The position numbers and the translations under genes are program-made. A stretch of 64,000 nucleotides of DNA. It comes from Azolla caroliniana (taxonomy: Eukaryota > Plantae > Polypodiophyta). Under the pieces are notes generated by a model. The model made no database searches. It saw only the letters and a program-made list of their open reading frames with translations, and was not told where the DNA came from. Position 1 is the stretch's first letter. The number at the start of each line of letters is the position of its first letter. Positions 13,533 through 25,389 of this stretch are shown here, in pieces. The stretch spans positions 15,500,001-15,564,000 of the forward strand of contig JBHGNT010000010.1 in the NCBI GenBank assembly GCA_043228905.1, in the 5' to 3' direction.

Positions 13533-14106
13533 TCCTTGTATATGTATATATGTATATTTATTTATCTAGTCGCAGGACGCCGGTTTGTCGGATGCCGTCG
13601 CCGGATTGCCGTCGAATGCCGTCGGATCACCGACTCTATCGCCGGTCCAGTTTTGGTTGGCCAAAACCCTTTACGAGTAGCTAGCCCACCTCCACTCTTA
13701 GTTCAAGTTACCTTGAACTCTCTATGCTCCACACATAGACACAAAGATAATATCTTTTGCTCCACCTTATATATGATGAGAGCCGTATTTGTCGTGCCTA
13801 TGTGGGATATCTCACAATTTTCTCTTTTCCTTTCACAAACTTTATACCCTCATATCTTGACATTTAGTTGTCTGTTTCTCGTATAATAAAGTGCATTCGA
13901 AACCTCCATCATTTTGTACCTAGATATTAAATTTATTTAAAATGTTATCTTCACAATTATTGTATTATGTGATTTATACTCGATTTTGTACGTTTTATGG
14001 GATTTTCACATTATTACCAAAAATCTTCACGACATCCACCCCCACCAAACCGCACGCCCTCCGGTACGTGCCAAGAAGAGAGAAAGTGAGATTTCGGCTA
14101 CGATGA

Positions 14107-17100
14107 TCAATTAGATTCCTCCATGTCTTCATTTTCATCCGCCTTGTTATGTTCATCGTCAAGGTAATTGAGGTCAGGATCCTTGTCTTGTCTTTTCTTG
14201 AAATTTTTTACTCTTTTTCCCGCAATGGGTACGACCAACCTTGATCTGTCTAGTTCCGCAAGGTGGTATGTGGCATTATCGTTGGCACTTGTCACCACAT
14301 ACGGCCCGAACCATCTTCTTGCGAATTTCCTTGTTGTACTGTGTTGATTCTCAAGGGTGCTATCGTAAACCAAAACCCAATCCCCTTCTTCAATCTTCTT
14401 GGGACGAAGTCGATGCGTGTTGTCGAACCAAACCTTGTTCTTTACTCGGGCTGCCTTTATCATCTTTCGTGTTTTTTCTAAATCTTCAGGTCTTCTTTCA
14501 AGTTGCCTTATCCGCGCCGCTAATAACTCTTCTCGACTCATCTTGTTCTCCCACGGTATCGCTACCCATGAGGCGATCGTCCTTTCGATGGGCATAATCG
14601 GCTTTTGTCCATACATAAGCTCCGTCGGCATATACCCTGTCACCGAGCTATGTGTTGTTCTATCGGTCCACAAGGCATAGGGTAATAGTCGTGGCCAATT
14701 CCCGACTCGACCGTTGCATGCCCGTATGATGGCTTTAACGATAGGTCCATGCCCTCGCTCGATCTTCCCATTTGCTTCCGGATTGTAGGCAATCGTGAGG
14801 GAGAGCTTCACACCTAGTCTTTCGAAGAGCTCCGTTGCTTCGTGCGCGTCCAACTCCCCTCGGTCGGCCACTATCTTCCCTACACATCCATATCGGCAAA
14901 CAACATCTTCAAGTAGAAATTTGCAAACGGTTGAAGTCGTCTTATTTGTCAAGGCTCGTCCTTCCACTTGATTTGTCAAGTCTTCCCTTGCCAGCGCTAA
15001 GTACTTCATTTGTCCCACTCCCATTGGCATCGAGACCAGATCCACCATCCATTTGAAGTGTATGGTGAGTGGGTATGTCGGCTTTAACTCATCACGATGA
15101 CGTATATTTGAATATACTTGGCAAGTTTCGCATGTGGACACGAAATGGAGTACATCTTTGTACATGCTTGGCCACCAGTACTTCTCCTTCAACTTTTCGA
15201 ACGTCGCCCATGTTCCTCTATGACCTGCCCAAGCACTCTCGTGGAATTCGGTCATCAGCGTCTCTTGCTCTTCTTTCTTTACCACCACTCGACGTGGTAT
15301 TCCTGTCCTTCTTTTTGGATGTCGCCAAAGGAATCCTCCCTTCAAGAAGTATCGGTAAGCTTTCTTTCGGATTCGTAGGGCCTCCTCCTTTGTCAACGAA
15401 GCATCTGTCGTCAATGTTCTTAGGAATCTACCGATGAGTAACCACGCTCCTTCGTACTCATTCTCGTTGAAGGCGTGGAGGGTTTGCGTGTCCTGGTCTT
15501 CCGCCGACAATAGAGCCATCTTGAAGAAGTCGAGGGCGACATCTTCATCTTCCGAAACCATGTTACTTCCGTTTGAAAATCTTGCCCTCGACAGCATGTC
15601 AGCCATGGCGTTCTTCTTCCCTGCAATGTGACGGATCTTTGGGTTTAAAGACTTGATGTAGGCGATCCACCTTAACATAGCAAGATCTGGGGTCGCACAT
15701 CCCGAGACCATTCTGAGAATTGGGAGACAATCTGTCTCTATTATCACTTCTGACCCGATCAGGTAATCTTTGTCCGTCTTCACTGCTGACACAATACCCC
15801 AAAGTTCCCGCTTGACTTGGGCATATCTTTGTTGCCGTTCACTGAGAACCTTTGCTCCGAACCGAACGGCATATCGCGCATTATCTTCACCTTCTCGATT
15901 GATGACCCACCCGATTCCGGTTGGGCTTGTATCTACGGTCACGTAAATTGGTTTCCCTTCGGCATAGTCGGCCTTCCTTAGTGCCGGAGCTTCAAGAAGC
16001 AGTTTCTTTAATCTTCGCATCGCCTTTCTGTGCTCGTCTCGCCATTCGAACTTTATTCTTTTCTTTAGTAGTCCATATAACGGTTCGGCGACATGAGCGT
16101 AGTGAGGAATCCATATATGATAAAACGCGCACGCTCCAAGGAACCTTCGAACCTCCGTTTGGTTTTCGCATTCTTCTTTCATGTCTTGGATTGCGTTCAC
16201 TTTGGATGGCGAGGGCTTCCGGCCGTATGCTCCACACAAGTGACCTACCACCAAGATCTCTGGTTGCCCGAATGCGGATTTTTCTCCCGAAAATGTCAAA
16301 TTCGCATCTTCGAGCCTTTGAAGCACCTTCTCGCAATCTTTCATATGATCCGCAACGAACTTTCTACAACCTTCCTTATCTTTCGATTCATCTTTCTCCT
16401 CATCTGAACATCCTTTTATCGGAATATCATCCAAGAATGGCATCGTGATGTCCGGAATGCAATCCTTCAAGACTTTATTCATGGCATTCACCATATGAGC
16501 CACTGAGTTCGTTGCGCCTTGGGGTAAGGTACACATCCGCACAAGCCCGATCGGAGTCCTCATGGTTGTAATGTCCTGACTATCGATCGCCAATTGGAAT
16601 TGGTCATATCCGGAGTAGAGATCGCCAATGGAGTAGATGGACCGGCCCGCAAATGCTTCGGCAAATTCGTCCACGCTTGAACAGATTCTGGCATTTCGAA
16701 TTGTCACCTTGTTGACGGGTTGAATATCTTGGAGGAATCGCAATGATCCATTCTTCTTCGGCACCGTGAACCACCTATTGGAATAAGGAGCATTCGACGG
16801 TTCTCGAATTCCCATACTCACCTTCTCCTTTAAGAGCTCGATCAGCTTCGGAAGGTGTGCTCTCGGAACCAGTATCGGTTTCAAATTCCAAGGCACATGA
16901 GGCACCGTGAAGATCACCATCGGCTCTATAACCTTTGGGTCGGCGCATCCGATTTCTCGTGGGAAGAATGCGAAAGCCTTCCCATGTCTCTCAAGCATAT
17001 CGCGAAACATTCGCTCCTCTTCAGGGAGAAGGAAATCCTCCTTTCCAACTCGTAGCTTCCCCTTCGTCTCTTTGGTGAAGGCATGACCTATCTTCTTCGG

Positions 17101-17421
17101 ATCTCTTAAGCTTGGATTGTTAGCGACTTCCTTCGTCTTTTGCCAGCTATCTTCCGGTAGCGGAACCGCAACTGGCTTGATCTTCTTATCCACCATTTTA
17201 TATTTCGTGTCGATGTCAGCTTCCTTCATCGAGATGCCACAACGGTATTCATCGATGATAGCGTACATGTTGACAGAGTTAACCGAAATCACGCGTTGGT
17301 TGTGAAGATAGCTCAAGTCCACGACGTCCTTGATTTCGCCGATGGTGTCATTAAATGAGGCTTCTTCCATAATATGAGTCACGAACTCTCCTTCTTCTAT
17401 TATGTTCTCTTCTTTCAGCAT
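14107..17421 (-). CDS. G3 pol polyprotein RT-RNase H-integrase, uninterrupted 1104 aa, no chromodomain
   Basis: FLDD RT motif, RNase H VDTS/RELW/ETDC, integrase HHCC, WMVD...ADRGE...KIERGH catalytic triad, WFGPY motif, short acidic tail. Confidence 0.93.
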   Translation of the reverse strand: MLKEENIIEEGEFVTHIMEEASFNDTIGEIKDVVDLSYLHNQRVISVNSVNMYAIIDEYRCGISMKEADIDTKYKMVDKKIKPVAVPLPEDSWQKTKEVANNPSLRDPKKIGHAFTKETKGKLRVGKEDFLLPEEERMFRDMLERHGKAFAFFPREIGCADPKVIEPMVIFTVPHVPWNLKPILVPRAHLPKLIELLKEKVSMGIREPSNAPYSNRWFTVPKKNGSLRFLQDIQPVNKVTIRNARICSSVDEFAEAFAGRSIYSIGDLYSGYDQFQLAIDSQDITTMRTPIGLVRMCTLPQGATNSVAHMVNAMNKVLKDCIPDITMPFLDDIPIKGCSDEEKDESKDKEGCRKFVADHMKDCEKVLQRLEDANLTFSGEKSAFGQPEILVVGHLCGAYGRKPSPSKVNAIQDMKEECENQTEVRRFLGACAFYHIWIPHYAHVAEPLYGLLKKRIKFEWRDEHRKAMRRLKKLLLEAPALRKADYAEGKPIYVTVDTSPTGIGWVINREGEDNARYAVRFGAKVLSERQQRYAQVKRELWGIVSAVKTDKDYLIGSEVIIETDCLPILRMVSGCATPDLAMLRWIAYIKSLNPKIRHIAGKKNAMADMLSRARFSNGSNMVSEDEDVALDFFKMALLSAEDQDTQTLHAFNENEYEGAWLLIGRFLRTLTTDASLTKEEALRIRKKAYRYFLKGGFLWRHPKRRTGIPRRVVVKKEEQETLMTEFHESAWAGHRGTWATFEKLKEKYWWPSMYKDVLHFVSTCETCQVYSNIRHRDELKPTYPLTIHFKWMVDLVSMPMGVGQMKYLALAREDLTNQVEGRALTNKTTSTVCKFLLEDVVCRYGCVGKIVADRGELDAHEATELFERLGVKLSLTIAYNPEANGKIERGHGPIVKAIIRACNGRVGNWPRLLPYALWTDRTTHSSVTGYMPTELMYGQKPIMPIERTIASWVAIPWENKMSREELLAARIRQLERRPEDLEKTRKMIKAARVKNKVWFDNTHRLRPKKIEEGDWVLVYDSTLENQHSTTRKFARRWFGPYVVTSANDNATYHLAELDRSRLVVPIAGKRVKNFKKRQDKDPDLNYLDDEHNKADENEDMEESN

Positions 17422-17460
17422 CTTCTCGAATTCTTGTATCCGACGCTTGTGCTCGCACTG

Positions 17461-19290
17461 TTAGGAATTGGACCGATCTTTGGCTACCACGGTCTCTTTC
17501 TTCTCCCTGATCTTCACCGGCGTCTCCGTTGTCACTCGTGCCCAATGAGGTCGAGTGTAGTGGCTGTCCACCATATCTTCATCGATTTCGTCTCTTGCCA
17601 TCGTTATGGCATTCGTTTTTGCTTTTTGCGGCTTCTCTTCTTCCTCGTCCAATTGTTGTCTCTTTCTCTTTACAAGGTCCACAATCGTGTCATGGAACTC
17701 CTTCTTCGTAATGCCAAGCAATTCCCTCAAGGACAAAGTTACGTGGCTATCAAGAACTCGTTCTTCGAGAATCTTCTTTAGGTCCGTTGTTTGCTCTATG
17801 TCCGACCTTAGCTTATAGGTAGGTATAGTCCTAGTCCTCCGAGCGGGGTCTTCAACACCAACCTTCACGGGCCACACCGTTTCTTCAACTCGTATGCTCG
17901 GCTCCCCTTTTCGGCTTGATTCTCGTTCCTCCGATTGTAAAGGTCGACTCGTCTCCGCATCGTCCTTCTTTTTCGCGTTCCTTGTTTCATGTCTTTTAGA
18001 TGGGCCTTGCTCTTCTATTCTCTTTCTCTTTTCTTCGACGAACACCTCGTGGTTGTCGCACATCACCTCTGCGAGTATGGTGTTGTCGTCCACCGGATCC
18101 GACCACCCGGTTATGCTTTGCACGCTTCGGTCCACAAGCTCTACCTCGTTCAATGTGACTTTTCCCTTCTTCTCATATTCGAGAACGGAAGTCCAAAACT
18201 TTGCTCCCACTCTAGCAGCTTCAGTCTTGTCTTTCCCGACTGTTATTCCGGCCGACGCAGCATAGTGCATCGCATCCACATGAGTCGCATCGGCATCCTC
18301 CATAGATTTCTTCATTCCTCCTCTTCCGAAATTCACCCGTAGGGGTCTTCTAGTCTCGCTTGAGCAGATCATGTTGTCCTCTATGTATACGATATTTTGT
18401 CGAATCGCCTCTCGAAGGCTCGCACAATCCCTTCTCATGTGGTCCATGCTATCGCACCACACGCATCTAAAGGGTTCTTTTCCCTTAGGGCCCCGACGAT
18501 TCATGTTGGCTAGCGTGACCTTCTCGAACTTCTTCGCTAGCTCTTCAATGATGTCGTCATCAATCTTCTTTTCTTCCACGTTACTTTGTCTTGGCGGCTC
18601 AGCTACTTTCAGCGGTCTTGCTTTCTCCGTGGTAGTCGGTCCCGTCAAGTCGGTGTCATCAACCCATTGGCGACGCTTGTCGAGCCTATTGCATGCCCGC
18701 TTCACCGCGATCCAGTCCGCTACGAGCCCATTTGCTTGGGTATCATCTTCGAGAAGAGTCCCCAACTCTCGTCTATCCTTTATGTCCACGGCCTTCAAGA
18801 AGTACAAAGTCTTGTCCTCTTCAAGCAACACTTGGTCCATATTGGGGAGACAACTAAACATCTGGTCGAATTCGTCGTACACCCTCGAGACGCTCATCTT
18901 CTTATTCTTCTTCTCTATCCACTTCATCAGGGCATGTCGAGTCATCCTCGTTGAGTCTTCAGTCACGAACTCCGCTAGTATCATTTTCTCGAACTTGGAC
19001 TATGTTGTATTACCTTCTTGAAGCTCGATGACGCGTCTTTGGATGTTGTTGGCGACAACTCTCTTGAAGCTTGCGATTTGACGTGCCTCGGACACGTCCC
19101 TCTGATTCATCTCCCTTCCATATGCATCAAGGAACTTCGTAACGTTCCTTCCATCGAATTGGCCCTCGAGCTCTACGACACGATCGACAGCCTTCTCCAC
19201 GCTCGCGTCATTGTCCCGAGATCTCATCATTTGCTCGACGATTAGCATCATCCTTTCGAGCTCTCCCGCTTGGTTGCTTGAGGACGCCAT
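17461..19290 (-). pseudogene. G3 gag (stop at 19000..19002; protease deleted)
   Basis: ORFs 19000..19296 and 17461..18984; CVWCDSMDHMRRDC; ends ETVVA-KDRSNS* where G5 continues ETVVA-LIDHGSE. Confidence 0.9.
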
Positions 19291-19819
19291 CTCCAAGTAT
19301 TAATCTCGACTTGATCCTTCCTACCGCCTCTTTCACGTCGGGTTCACCACTAAATTATGTCGTGAAGATCCGTCACTATGCGCGGATCGTGAGGCGGAAC
19401 CGCCGGGGTTCTGGACCGGAAGGATTCAAAGTCGGTACAAGCTTTGGCGTAAGCTTTAGCGAGAAAGTACTTAAGATAGATTGGGAAAGAGAGAAATTGA
19501 GATTAAACGATTGAGAGAGATTGATTGAACTTTTAACTTTAGATTTAAGAAACAAGTTACACGATCAATTTGATGACAAATTTCTTCTTCTTAATTTCAT
19601 AACAAAAAAAAACGTGTTTTTTCTCCTCCCCCTTCCTTCTTTTATAGATGCTCTCATGCATATGATGCATGTGAGGGTACAAGACATGCATAAATTGCAT
19701 GTTTGCCATTTGGCGCTTATGTATTACATGTGGTGCATGATAACCATGTCACTCATTTTAGCTCTCATGTATGAGAATTTACATGTAAAAGTACAATGAT
19801 AGAAATATAATTTTAACTA

Positions 19820-19890
19820 AATAGCATGGCTTAATGGTAAGCCAATTGATTCCTAACTTGGAGGTGCAAGGTTCGAATCCTTCCTTGCCC
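19820..19890 (+). promoter_or_regulatory. tRNA-derived Pol III A/B-box module in G3 right LTR
   Basis: TGGCTTAATGG 19827..19837 and a consensus B box GGTTCGAATCC 19870..19880. Confidence 0.75.
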
Positions 19891-20741
19891 TCCTTGTATA
19901 TGTATAATATTTATATATTTATTTATCTAGTTGCCGGTTGCCGAATGCTGTCGGTTATCGGTGCCGTCGCCGGAGGCCGTCGGTTACCGGTGCCTCGTCA
20001 GATGCCGTCGCCGGATACCGGTGCCTCGCCGGATGCTGTCACCGGATGCCGTCGCCAGATTACCGTCGAATGCCGGTCTCTCACTGGCGTCGGATCACCG
20101 TCGCCGGATTGCCGTTGGATGCCGCCGGATCACCGGCTCCATCGCCAGTCCAGTTTTGGTTGGCCAAAACCCTTTATGAGTAGCTAGCCCACCTCCACTC
20201 TTAGTTCAAGTTACCTTGAACTCTCTATGCTCCACACATAGACACAAAGATAATATCTTTTGCTCCACCTTATATATGATGAGAGCCGTATTTGTCGTGC
20301 CTATGTGAGATATCTCACAATTTTCTCTTTTCCTTTCACAAACTTTATACCCTCATATCTTGACATTTAGTTGTCTGTTTCTCGTGTAATAAAGTGCATT
20401 CGAAACCTTCATCATTTTGTACCTAGATATTAAATTTATTTAAAATGTTATCTTCACAATTATTGTATTATGTGATTTATACTCGATTTTGTACGTTTTA
20501 TGGGATTTTCACACTATTGCCGAAAATCTTCACGACACCGCGATGAAGCGCGACTGTAGGTCGGTCACGGAGGTTCGGAGGTTCTTGGGAGCATGCGCGT
20601 TCTACCACATATAGATCCCGCATTATGCCCACGTCGCGGAGCCGTTATACGGGTTGCTAAAAAAGGGGCGAAAATTCGAGTGGAGAGATGAGCATACGGA
20701 GTCTGTTCGGAAGATGAAGGAAGCACTTGCTGCAGCTCCGG

Positions 20742-21197
20742 TATTATAGATCTAAGTACTAAAGTAAGCTTAAGATAAGGATAAAGTAATGATAGATAGA
20801 AAGGAGAAAGAGAAAGAAGGGTGCCGATCCACTCGACCACCCCCGAGCGAAGGGATCGAGACGGACTCGAGCCTCGATCGGCGTCCCATACCACCGCCGT
20901 GGCGTCGAGTCGTACATGGTGTTGGCGTGCTCGCTACAAGAGTTGACCCACCACAAGAGCAAAGTCTCGATGTAGTCAAGAAGATGATGAAATGAGGGTA
21001 GCTAGGCTTCTTATTTATAGCGATACCCAAGGCCCCCATGCAAGTTCACACTTGACCTAATGGGTTGTCTCAATCCCAAGGATTAAAAGTAATCCTCCCC
21101 TTCTTTACACTCTCGTTTAACCCTCACACTTATCCACGTGTATAGAATACTACGGTAAATTCTCACCACGGGATATTATATGGTCATGCCCGTAACA
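20742..21197 (-). mobile_element. Solo LTR (chromovirus family) inserted in G2 RNase H
   Basis: 5-bp TSD TCCGG/TCTGG; homologous in reverse complement to the LTR at 43071..43525, which follows a chromodomain. Confidence 0.88.
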
Positions 21198-23065
21198 TCT
21201 GGCGCTCCGGAAGGCTGTCTACGGAAAGGACACTCCAATTTATGTAACGGTGGACACGAGTCCGACCGGGATCGGATGGGTCGTCAACCAAGAGGGCGAG
21301 GACGGCATGCGTTTCCCGATCCGGTTCGGCGCGAAGGTCCTCAGCGAGCGACAACGAGGATACGCCCAGGATAAACACGAGCTCTGGGGTATCGTTTCGG
21401 CGGTAAAGGCCGATAAAGACTACCTCATCGGGACAGAGGTAATTATCGAGACGGACTGCCTGCCAATTCTTGGCATGGTTTTCGGATGCGCGACGCCGAA
21501 CCTGGCAATGCTCAGGTGGATAGTGTACATCAAGTCCCTGAATCCGGAAGTACGACACATTTCCGGGAAAGACAATACCATGACCGACATGCTTTCAAGG
21601 GTGAGGTTCGAAAACGAGGGCGGCATGGTTTCGGAGGACGAGGAAGTCGGCGTGGACTTCTTCGAGGCGGCCTACGTAACAACCGGCAGGGAATGCACTC
21701 CAATGCTTAACGATTTCGACGAGAGCAAGTACAACGGGGAGTGGCTACAGATCGGCGGGTTCCTGAAAAGAATGACACCGGACGCGGCATGGACAAAGGA
21801 TGAGGCCAACCGGATCCGGAAGAAAGCGTACTGATTCTTTCTCCGGGACAGGTACATATGGAAACACCTGAAGAAGAGGAACAACATCCCACTCCGAGTG
21901 GTGGCGAAGAAGGAGGAAGAGGAGGATTTGCTGGCGGCATACCACGATAGCCCGTGGGCCGAACACCGTGGAACGTGGGCCACGTTCGAAAAGCTAAAGG
22001 GGAAGTACTGGTGGTCGGGACTATACCGGGATGTGCATCGGTTCGTGACGACTTGCGAAAGCTGTCAGGTGCACTCCATGATCCGACATCGGGACGAGCT
22101 TCACCCGACCTACCCTCCGACCGTCCACTTCAAGTGGATGGTGGATTTGGTGACGATGCCAATGGGGGTAGGACAGATGCGGTATCGCGGACTAGAGGGG
22201 ACAAAGTGCTGTCGGATTGGGACCGAGCTCTTCTCTTCTGTCGTTCTCCATAAGCTTTCTTTGCGCAGGTTCTCGAGAGGTTGATTCTGCTCTGTGGAAC
22301 GCCCGTGTGCTTCCGGCAGAATCTCCATCTTGCTCCCCTGTGTGCGTGGGTGATCAGGCGTCGACACCCATCTCACCGACCTGATCGGTTGTAACCGTTC
22401 GAGTCATCTGCATACATATATTTATATACGCGTTCTTATACTCTATCTCCTGCCCAACTTGTGTCTCTTGTGTTGATTGGGCTGCATTCCCGCGCGCTTC
22501 TTTGTCTATCCGTGTGTGAGCGTGTCTCTCTCTCTCTCTCCTTTCGCTTCCTCACATATTCCTCGGTCCAAGACCCCAGTGGTCCCGCCTCGTTATCCAC
22601 GCACGCGCGTAGCAACGCGACATGTAAACAGCCTCGAAGGACTCTTCGTGTGTGGCGTAGCTAACTCACTCGCGCTCCCTCACCCTCTTCTCTTCTCTCT
22701 CACACTCTGCACAACAAAGGCTCATACACACACACCTATACGTGTTCTGTTTGCCCTAGGTGTATTTATACTAATACATAGAATGGGTTATTTACAATTA
22801 TGGTCTTTATTGTTATCCCATAATAATAATAATAGTCTTACTAATCAGCCGACTCATTCGTCGACTGTCGGGTCGGTTCGACTAGTTGACCTGGTCATCG
22901 ACCATCCGATCGGCTCGATTAGCTGGTCGTGTCTTCACCTCGATCAACTCTCTCTGAGTTCACTCCTTAATCGTCGGCTCTCATCCGATCAGTCGACTTT
23001 TCCCACTGGAGGGACATATTCTTAACACAATCTATACTACATGAAGTTAGATTTGGTACAAGGAT

Positions 23066-23135
23066 GCATATGTAGCTCAATTGGTAGGGTTCCCAATAGA
23101 GATCATGAGGTATTGGGTTCAACCCCTACCTTCCT
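23066..23135 (+). other. tRNA-like fragment / possible SINE head
   Basis: TAGCTCAATTGG 23073..23084 and GGTTCAACCCC 23116..23126 at tRNA spacing; acceptor stem does not pair. Confidence 0.5.
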
Positions 23136-23159
23136 CTGTGGCATATGTCTATGACACAG

Positions 23160-24305
23160 TGTAGCCTTCGACTTCGGTTAAGGTTGTTAAATTAAAGGTC
23201 AGTTATGCATCCATGGTTCCTTTCAGATACCTAAGGATGTGCTTGACGGCCTCCCAATGCTTCTATCCTGGGTTTGACATGTACCAATTGACAACCCCTA
23301 TGGCATAGGCTTGGTTGGGTCGGGTCGCCACGATTGTGTACATGATACTTCCTACGACCGATGCATAGGGCATCTTTCCATTAAGCTCTCTCTCCTTGTT
23401 CGTTGAAGGAGAGTCTCTGTCCGATAGTCGGATCGACGTCAGACGCAGTGTTGGTGTTGGCTTCACATTCTCCATGTTGAAGTGCTTCAACACCTTTCGG
23501 ATATAGTCTTGGTCATCCAATTTCACTCAATCCTCATGCCCAATATGTGATCGGCTTGTTCGAGTTCCTGCATCACAAACTTGTCATGAAGGCTCCGCTT
23601 CAACTTTCCAATCTCTACTTGATTGCTTCCTACAATCAGCATGTCGTCGACATATAGGATCAAATAAATCCTACAACCAGTTGCCGAATGTACATACATG
23701 GGTCGGAGTCGGATCGGTGGTATCCAAGCAGCGTGATGTACGAGTTGAACTTCTAGTACCACATCCTCGACGCTTGTTTCAAGCCATAAAGAATTTTCTT
23801 GAGTTGACATACGAGGTGACTTTCCTCCCCCGTCATTGTGAAGCCTGCCGGTTGAGACTTGTAAATTTCTTCTTCCAGATCTATGTGTAGGAATGACGTT
23901 TTTATGTTCATCTGCTCGAGCTCTAGATTTCTGTCGCCACAACTCCTAGTAAGAGTCGGAGGGTGGTCATCTTGACTACAGGTGAGAATATCTCGTTGTA
24001 GTCTTTCGAACCCATTCACAACAAGCCGAGCTTTGTACTTGAGTTTCTCTGAGTCAGATACATATTTGTATCGAAAAACCCATTTGGAAGGTAATGGCTT
24101 TCTTCCAACTGGTAGTTCGACTAGCTCCCATGTCTGATTCTTGTGAATCGAGTCCATTTCGGATTTCATGGCTTGTAGCCATGTATCGGTGTCTGTTGCA
24201 GCCATAACTTCTTCATAAGTGCTTGGTTTGCCTGCATCGGTGTAGTTGATGTAGTCGAGGCCAAGTTGGTAGAACTATGCCTGCCTTCAAGCTCAACCAG
24301 ATCTC
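23160..24305 (-). pseudogene. Ty1/copia RT fragment C2
   Basis: WLQAMKSEMDSI, YKARLV, LYGLKQASRMW, LILYVDDMLI, PYASVVGSIMY, HWEAVKHILRYLKG. Confidence 0.88.
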
Positions 24306-25389
24306 TGTGCGGAATAGCGCTCGGCCACAACCGAGACTCAAACACTTTATGAAAGAACAAAATAAACAGAAATGGAGGTTCGTACACTTACATAGAAGAG
24401 ACAACACAGGATGTTTACGTGGAAAACCCTAATAGGGAAAAACCACAGGAGCCCACAGACTCCAACTATCACTATATGAGAAAGGAGGTACAATAGGAGT
24501 CTCAGAGGCAACGATCTCGAGCTTTGTATCTTCACCAACAGGTGGCTTCTCTTCTCTCTCTCTCTCACTGTACAACTATGGCAGTGATTGCCCTAAGTCA
24601 TATTTATACTTATATGACTTTTGGGTTATTTACAAATAAAGCCTCAATAGGCTCATCATGAAACATATTTAGAAATATATCATTACATCCCGTTCGCACC
24701 GGATCCATTCAGATTCACTCGATCCGGTTTTCGGGCCTCATCCAGATCCCTTTTGGATCTGATTCCTTCATCCGGTTCGTCCGAACCGGTCCTCCTGACC
24801 CCCATCCGGATCACATATGGAAGGATCAATGTCCCAACAATCTCCCCCTTCACTCCAGCATGGGATGTCTCGTCAGTTCGATTCCTCTTCGGCAAGCATC
24901 TAGCTTGTCGGTTATCAACACCGTGGTCAGCATGTCCAACCCGTTCTCCTCTGTGTGAACCTTCATCAGCGCGAACTCTTTGTCCTCTAATCTCTCCTAG
25001 ATCCAGTGATACCTACGCTGGATGTGCTTTGTCCTGGAATGTTGCATGGCATTCTTTGCAGGTGGATGACACTTTGACTGTCGCAGTAGAGCCAGTATTC
25101 CTCCTGTCGTATCCATAGCTCTCTGATGAAGTCCTTCATCCAGATTATCTCCTTGCCGGCTTCCACGGCTACCATGTACTCCGCCTCCGTGATAGCGCAA
25201 CCGTCTTTTGCTGCCACGATATGGCTCCACTTGCACAGGTCATGAGATATCCAGATGTAGACTAGCTGGTATCCACATCAATTGACATATCTGAATCCGT
25301 AAATCCATCCAGTAGGGGTTTATCGGAGCCAAATCGGAGGCACATAATCGAGGTGCCGTTCAAATATCGGAGTATCCACTTGACCGCGT

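Larger units (their letters stand above)
13002..20537 (-). mobile_element. Ty3/gypsy element G3 with both LTRs (13002..14034 and 19358..20537) and 4-bp TSD CCGC
   Basis: 12-bp terminal inverted repeat TGTCGTGAAGAT/ATCTTCACGACA; CCGC at 12998..13001 and 20538..20541; Trp PBS 19332..19349; PPT-like tract at 14035..14050; LTRs highly similar. Confidence 0.96.
11590..22186 (+). pseudogene. G2 pol (RT-RNase H-partial integrase), interrupted by two insertions
   Basis: PFLDDVPIKG, VDTSPTGIG, ETDCLP, H-H-C-C zinc region (YHDSPWAEH...CESC), WMVDLV; the frame rejoins across both insertions (AISA|MKRDC and AAAP|ALRKA). Confidence 0.9.
8745..22622 (+). mobile_element. Ty3/gypsy element G2 (tRNA-Trp primed); hosts G3 and a solo LTR; 3' end partly deleted
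   Basis: 5' LTR 8745..9438, PBS TGGTGAACCCGACGTGAA 9443..9460, gag-PR from 9482, pol 11590..13001 + 20538..20741 + 21198..22186, 3' LTR remnant 22181..22622. Confidence 0.93.
6153..23027 (-). mobile_element. Ty1/copia element C1, internally deleted; 5' LTR (8555..8744 + 22623..23027) split by G2
   Basis: RT (QFDVKTTFLHG, LKKSLYGLKQAPRQW), gag knuckle CFYCGKPRHFQKDC, protease WVIDSGASFH, iMet-type PBS TGGTATCAGATC at 8540..8551, LTR ends TGTTGAGA / TCTTAACA. Confidence 0.82.

Noticed and set aside
24301-24844. Solo LTR with TSD ATCTC
   Set aside because: The right-hand ATCTC is the start of the PPT complement followed by copia RNase H, so this is a 3' LTR attached to C3; the match may be chance or deletion microhomology.
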